This document shows, one piece after another, positions 59,995 to 64,000 of a DNA stretch of 64,000 nt. The stretch lies in NCBI GenBank assembly GCA_964016885.1, contig OZ024741.1, positions 232,872,001 to 232,936,000 on the forward strand, read 5' to 3'. Below the pieces are notes generated by a model. That model made no database searches and had not been told where the DNA came from. It saw nothing but the letters and a program-made list of their open reading frames with translations. The translations under genes and the position numbers were made by a program. Origin of the DNA: Eledone cirrhosa (lineage: Eukaryota). Positions within the stretch are counted from its first letter, which is position 1, and each line of letters starts with the position of its first letter.

Positions 59995-62581
59995 ACAAAA
60001 GTAACAGCAGCTCTGACGACAACAACAACAACAACGAAAAAACCAATTTCGTTTGCAGGTATGGCAAAGAACCTGAAAACCATCCTTATAAGAAATGAGG
60101 AATTACACGAAGCAAGGAAGATGGTGACGAAAACCGGACACCGAGCAATCTGCAAGGCAGCCGAAGAATTTTTCGAAACCCAACAGCACTGTACAGTCAC
60201 GTACAGTACAGTAAGCACAAAATCACGTAGGTTTGAATGAGCCACAGAGGCTTAAATACAAAAAGCCTTAGGGTCTGTGTGGCAGCGGAAAACGTATATC
60301 ACCCAAGGCAAGAAATATGCCACCGTGGACGTTATTTTTACCACACCGCAGGAGCCAAAGGCTCAATCCTTAGTGACCCTAAGGAGCGAGGAAATGGTGT
60401 TGGTGCCCTCCTACTGCGGGATGGCCCCTTCTTGGCTGGCCGCGTCTGTCCTCATCGGAATCGACGACAAAACAACCGTACTGCAAGTACAGAAAAAGTA
60501 TGAGAAGATTGGGTCGGCGCCTCCATTGAGATGTTAATTCAAACCAACCAGGAGTGCATCGAAGCTATCCCGGATGTGATAGACTTCGATAATGGCACTC
60601 AACTTCCCATAAGTGTTGAGGACAAACGCCCGAAATGCTTTCGCTATGGGTCGAAGACTCACCTCAGGGCCTTCTGCAATGAGAAGACCCTGAGAAAGGA
60701 GAAAACACCCCACCTTCCGAAACCGGCTTCACTGCTACCACTACCAGCAACAGGACAGGCGACAAGCAGGAAGGATAGGTCGGTGGCACCTATACCCACG
60801 CTACGGAAATCAAGAACAGCAGCAGCAGTGTAAGTATTAACAACAACAACAGTAATACCAACTGCAGCTGCAACAGAGACTCCACTGCAACATCAACAAG
60901 AAGAAGTGAAAGAGTGGAGCTGGTACCCCTCCCCTACCTCACAGAATCGGACATGGAGTGTGAGGTGGGAGGGGGGTGGCAAAAGGTCGCAAGAAGGCAC
61001 AAACACAGACACAGCGTATCGTTGCCTTCGAAAAAGAAGGGAAGAGATGAAAAAAGGGTGAAGGCTACTGCAAAGAGACTTACAGTAGCAAAACCACCAA
61101 CACCATCACCACCCACACTAGCACTACCATCACCACCGGCGGTAACCCCACCGCCAACAACAACAACACTTTCAACAACACCACCACAAGCACCAGCATC
61201 GCAAACACAACAAAACACACACACCCAGCAACAACGACAAGTAAATAGCAAAACCACACCCCAGCCCTCAAAAAAGAAATACACACAACAAGAAACTAAT
61301 GACCCAACAGAGCCGTATTCAGGATCGGAAGTGTAAACGTGTGTGGCTTGAGCTCGGTTTGGAAGCAGGGTCACTTGCTTAACGACCTCAGGTCACTAAA
61401 CATAGATGTGGTGGCCATCAACGAGACGAGAATCTCCGAAACGCAAGCTTTCGCTCCGATCTTCGACGGTTACGAGGTGTACACATCTCAGAGCCGTCCG
61501 GGAGCGGGGGGCGCAGTGGCTGTGTTGTTTCGGAAAGGCTTGGGTCTCGCCATACAGACCATCTTCCTGGACCCAGAAGGTAAGTCGGTGGTGCTGGACG
61601 TGAACGGCACCGAAGGCAACGCTTTCAGGTTAGTAGTCGTCTATGCCCCGACAGGGACTGGACGGCCAGATTTCTTCAGACGTCTAGAGATCTTTCTGGG
61701 AACGTCCCGCTCTTTAGTGTTAGTGGGCGACTGGAACGGTACGTTTTGAACTGTCTGACAGATATCGACTGGATCACCCGAATGTGCCAATGTGGACATG
61801 GACAAACCGCATCGGGTAATCCAAATCGTATCTAAATAGGGAATTCTGCAGGGAACTAGATAATGCTAGTATAGGTTGTCCACAATTTAAAATAGTCGAC
61901 AACACAGACCACAAATTTGTGATCTGTGAGATCGACATAGACAGACTTCATAGACAAGGATCTGGTTACTGGAAGCTGAACACGTCTTTCCTGGCGCGCA
62001 AAGCCTACAGAGACCGGAGTAGCGTATTAGTTAAGCGGGCGTTGACGGGAGCGGTCGTCAACAACAGGTGGTGGTTTGCCCTTAGAAGGGCAATTAAAGT
62101 AGAGTCGATTAGGTTTAGCAAAGGAGTATTGATAGAGGAAAATAGAGTAGAGGGAGAGCTAGTCAGAAAGCTAGAAGAGGCGTTTAGGACAGGCATCGCA
62201 ACCGACGTGCTTGCGGTGAGATTGGCACTCGACCAATTCCTCAACGAAAAACATGAAGGCTGCGTTGTCAGAGCTAGAGCGCGTGCTCTGAAACACGAGG
62301 GGACGAAAGCCGTCCAATGGGCCCGGGTGGCAGAGGCGCGACGTGGCAACAAAGCCACAATTCGGTCTTTGTCTGATCAAAACGGGTGCGTGTTGCTCGA
62401 ACCCGAGCAGATGTGTGAGGCTTTTCAACAGCACTTTGCTGAACTGTTCGGGAGCGGCGGCGGGCCGTATCGGAGTATAAACTTCAGTGCATACATCGAC
62501 GGACTGCCTCGGCAACAGTGTTGCGAAAAGCCAATAACAGCAGGTGAAATACGGGAAGCGATGGCTAACTGCACGAGGGGT
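59995..62581 (+). mobile_element. Tx1-like fragment: ORF1 part joined at ~61303 to an ORF2 start, interrupted by a Penelope-like element
   Basis: ORFs 59944..60240, 60531..60833, 61339..61749, 61919..62665. Confidence 0.88.
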
Positions 62582-64000
62582 AAATTGAAATGTCCCCAGA
62601 TGTATGTGACAGCACGGAGGACCTCCTCAGCAGAATCGGCGAGGGTAACCGATCTAGGGACCTAACAAACTGCATAATAGGTAGTATGGATTTTGTGTCT
62701 CTGTATCCATCTATTGACGTGGATTTTGCTGTGGAGAAATGCGTAGAAATGATCAGTGAGAGCAATGTTGAGTTCCGTTGGATTGATACCAGTGAGCTGG
62801 AACTCCTACTTAAACTTACCTATAGTAATAATTACCTAGACACATATGACCTTAGCAGCCTGTGCCCTACAAGACCAGCAAGAGGCAGACCACCTACCAT
62901 TACCTCAATGGCCAAGAAAACCCACACAGATAGATGGAACGGGTGGACCAGAGCCATACGGACACCCGAAAACCACGATGAACTGAAGAAAATGATTGCA
63001 CATGCGGTAGGGGCCAGCATAAAACTAACCCTTAAGGAACATATGTTCAAATTTAATGGAAAAACATATGCCCAAGAGGAAGGAGCAACCATTGGTGTTA
63101 GCATTGCAGGCGACATAGCTAACTTGTTCATGGTATGGTGGGACAGTAGACTTAAACTTAAACTTAAAGAACAATTAGAAGACCCCTTAACCCTGATAAT
63201 GTACTCCCGCTACGTTGACGATATAAACATCGTAGTTAAGACACCCCCACTAGAGAACAGTCAGGAACTAGAGAAAAACACAATGGAAAGCATCCAGCAA
63301 ATAGCTAACTCCATCCACCAGAGTATTAGAGTTACTATAGACTACCCAGGTAAACACCCCAACCATCGATTACCTGTACTAGACACAGAGCTCTGGTTAG
63401 ATACCATTAATAACAAAAACAAATCCTCCATTCCCATTATGCCAAACCCATGACTTCCAAACATCTGATCCACCGAAACTCGGCTGTTTCGGACCATACC
63501 AAAACCAACATACTGATTGCGGATTTGGTACGGGTGATGAGAAACGTGTGCCGCATGTGCAACCCCGAAGAACTAGAGAGACACATACAACACTTCATCC
63601 ACCGTATGCAGTTCTCTGGTTACAATCAGAGAGATAGAATCAGAGTGTATAGAGGAGCCAGAACCAAATGGGAAAAAATGGTAAATAATGACACAAATGG
63701 GACCTGCCCCTTGTATAGGAGCACATTTCGGAATAGAATAGAAAGAACTAGGAATAAGGCTAATACAATAAACTCATGGTATGATAGCAATAAATACCAG
63801 AGTGTAATGTTCATCGATACAACCCCTAGAGATCAATTAGCTTACAAATTTAGAAGGGCCCTAGATAAACATAAACTCAATATGAAGATAGTAGAAAGAC
63901 CAGGTACCTCCGTAAAAACACTTATTAGCAAGACATACCCTTTCCAAAGACCCCCCCCCCCCCTGTATAGATAAGAAATGTATAACCTGTAAAATAAGCC
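62582..64000 (+). mobile_element. Penelope-like element reverse transcriptase and thumb/linker fragment
   Basis: GSMDFVSLYPSI, QEEGATIGVSIAGDIANLFM, RYVDD, LPVLD; frameshift into ORF 63450..63974. Confidence 0.85.

Overview
AT-rich, microsatellite-dense eukaryotic DNA. The SINE and LINE types resemble octopus/cephalopod repeats; that is an inference, not a database match. The window is internal to one + strand host gene. Seven symmetric phase-1 exons (132-144 nt, 948 nt in total, about 1.5% of the window) each encode an 8-Cys EGF/laminin-EGF-like module of the MEGF10/11/CED-1 type, and exons B-C-D appear duplicated as E-F-G. The introns are packed with retroelements: one intact full-length L1/Tx1-like LINE (6937-12963; CCHC ORF1 and APE-RT-zinc-finger ORF2), about nine decayed relatives chained head-to-tail through (ATT)n tracts, R4/Dong-like and RTE-like LINE fragments, two Penelope-like coding fragments, a tRNA-derived SINE family, and several fold-back elements in (TA)n tracts that carry hammerhead-ribozyme folds. 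The most notable observations are: (1) a conserved GTAAGT splice donor at the LINE ORF1 stop, which with a 53-nt intron would fuse ORF1 and ORF2 in frame; (2) a LINE/SINE pair sharing a 3' terminus and an (ATT)n target; (3) multiple hammerhead variants; (4) structurally conserved 5'UTR hairpins. All of this was read by eye; no alignment or folding software was run.
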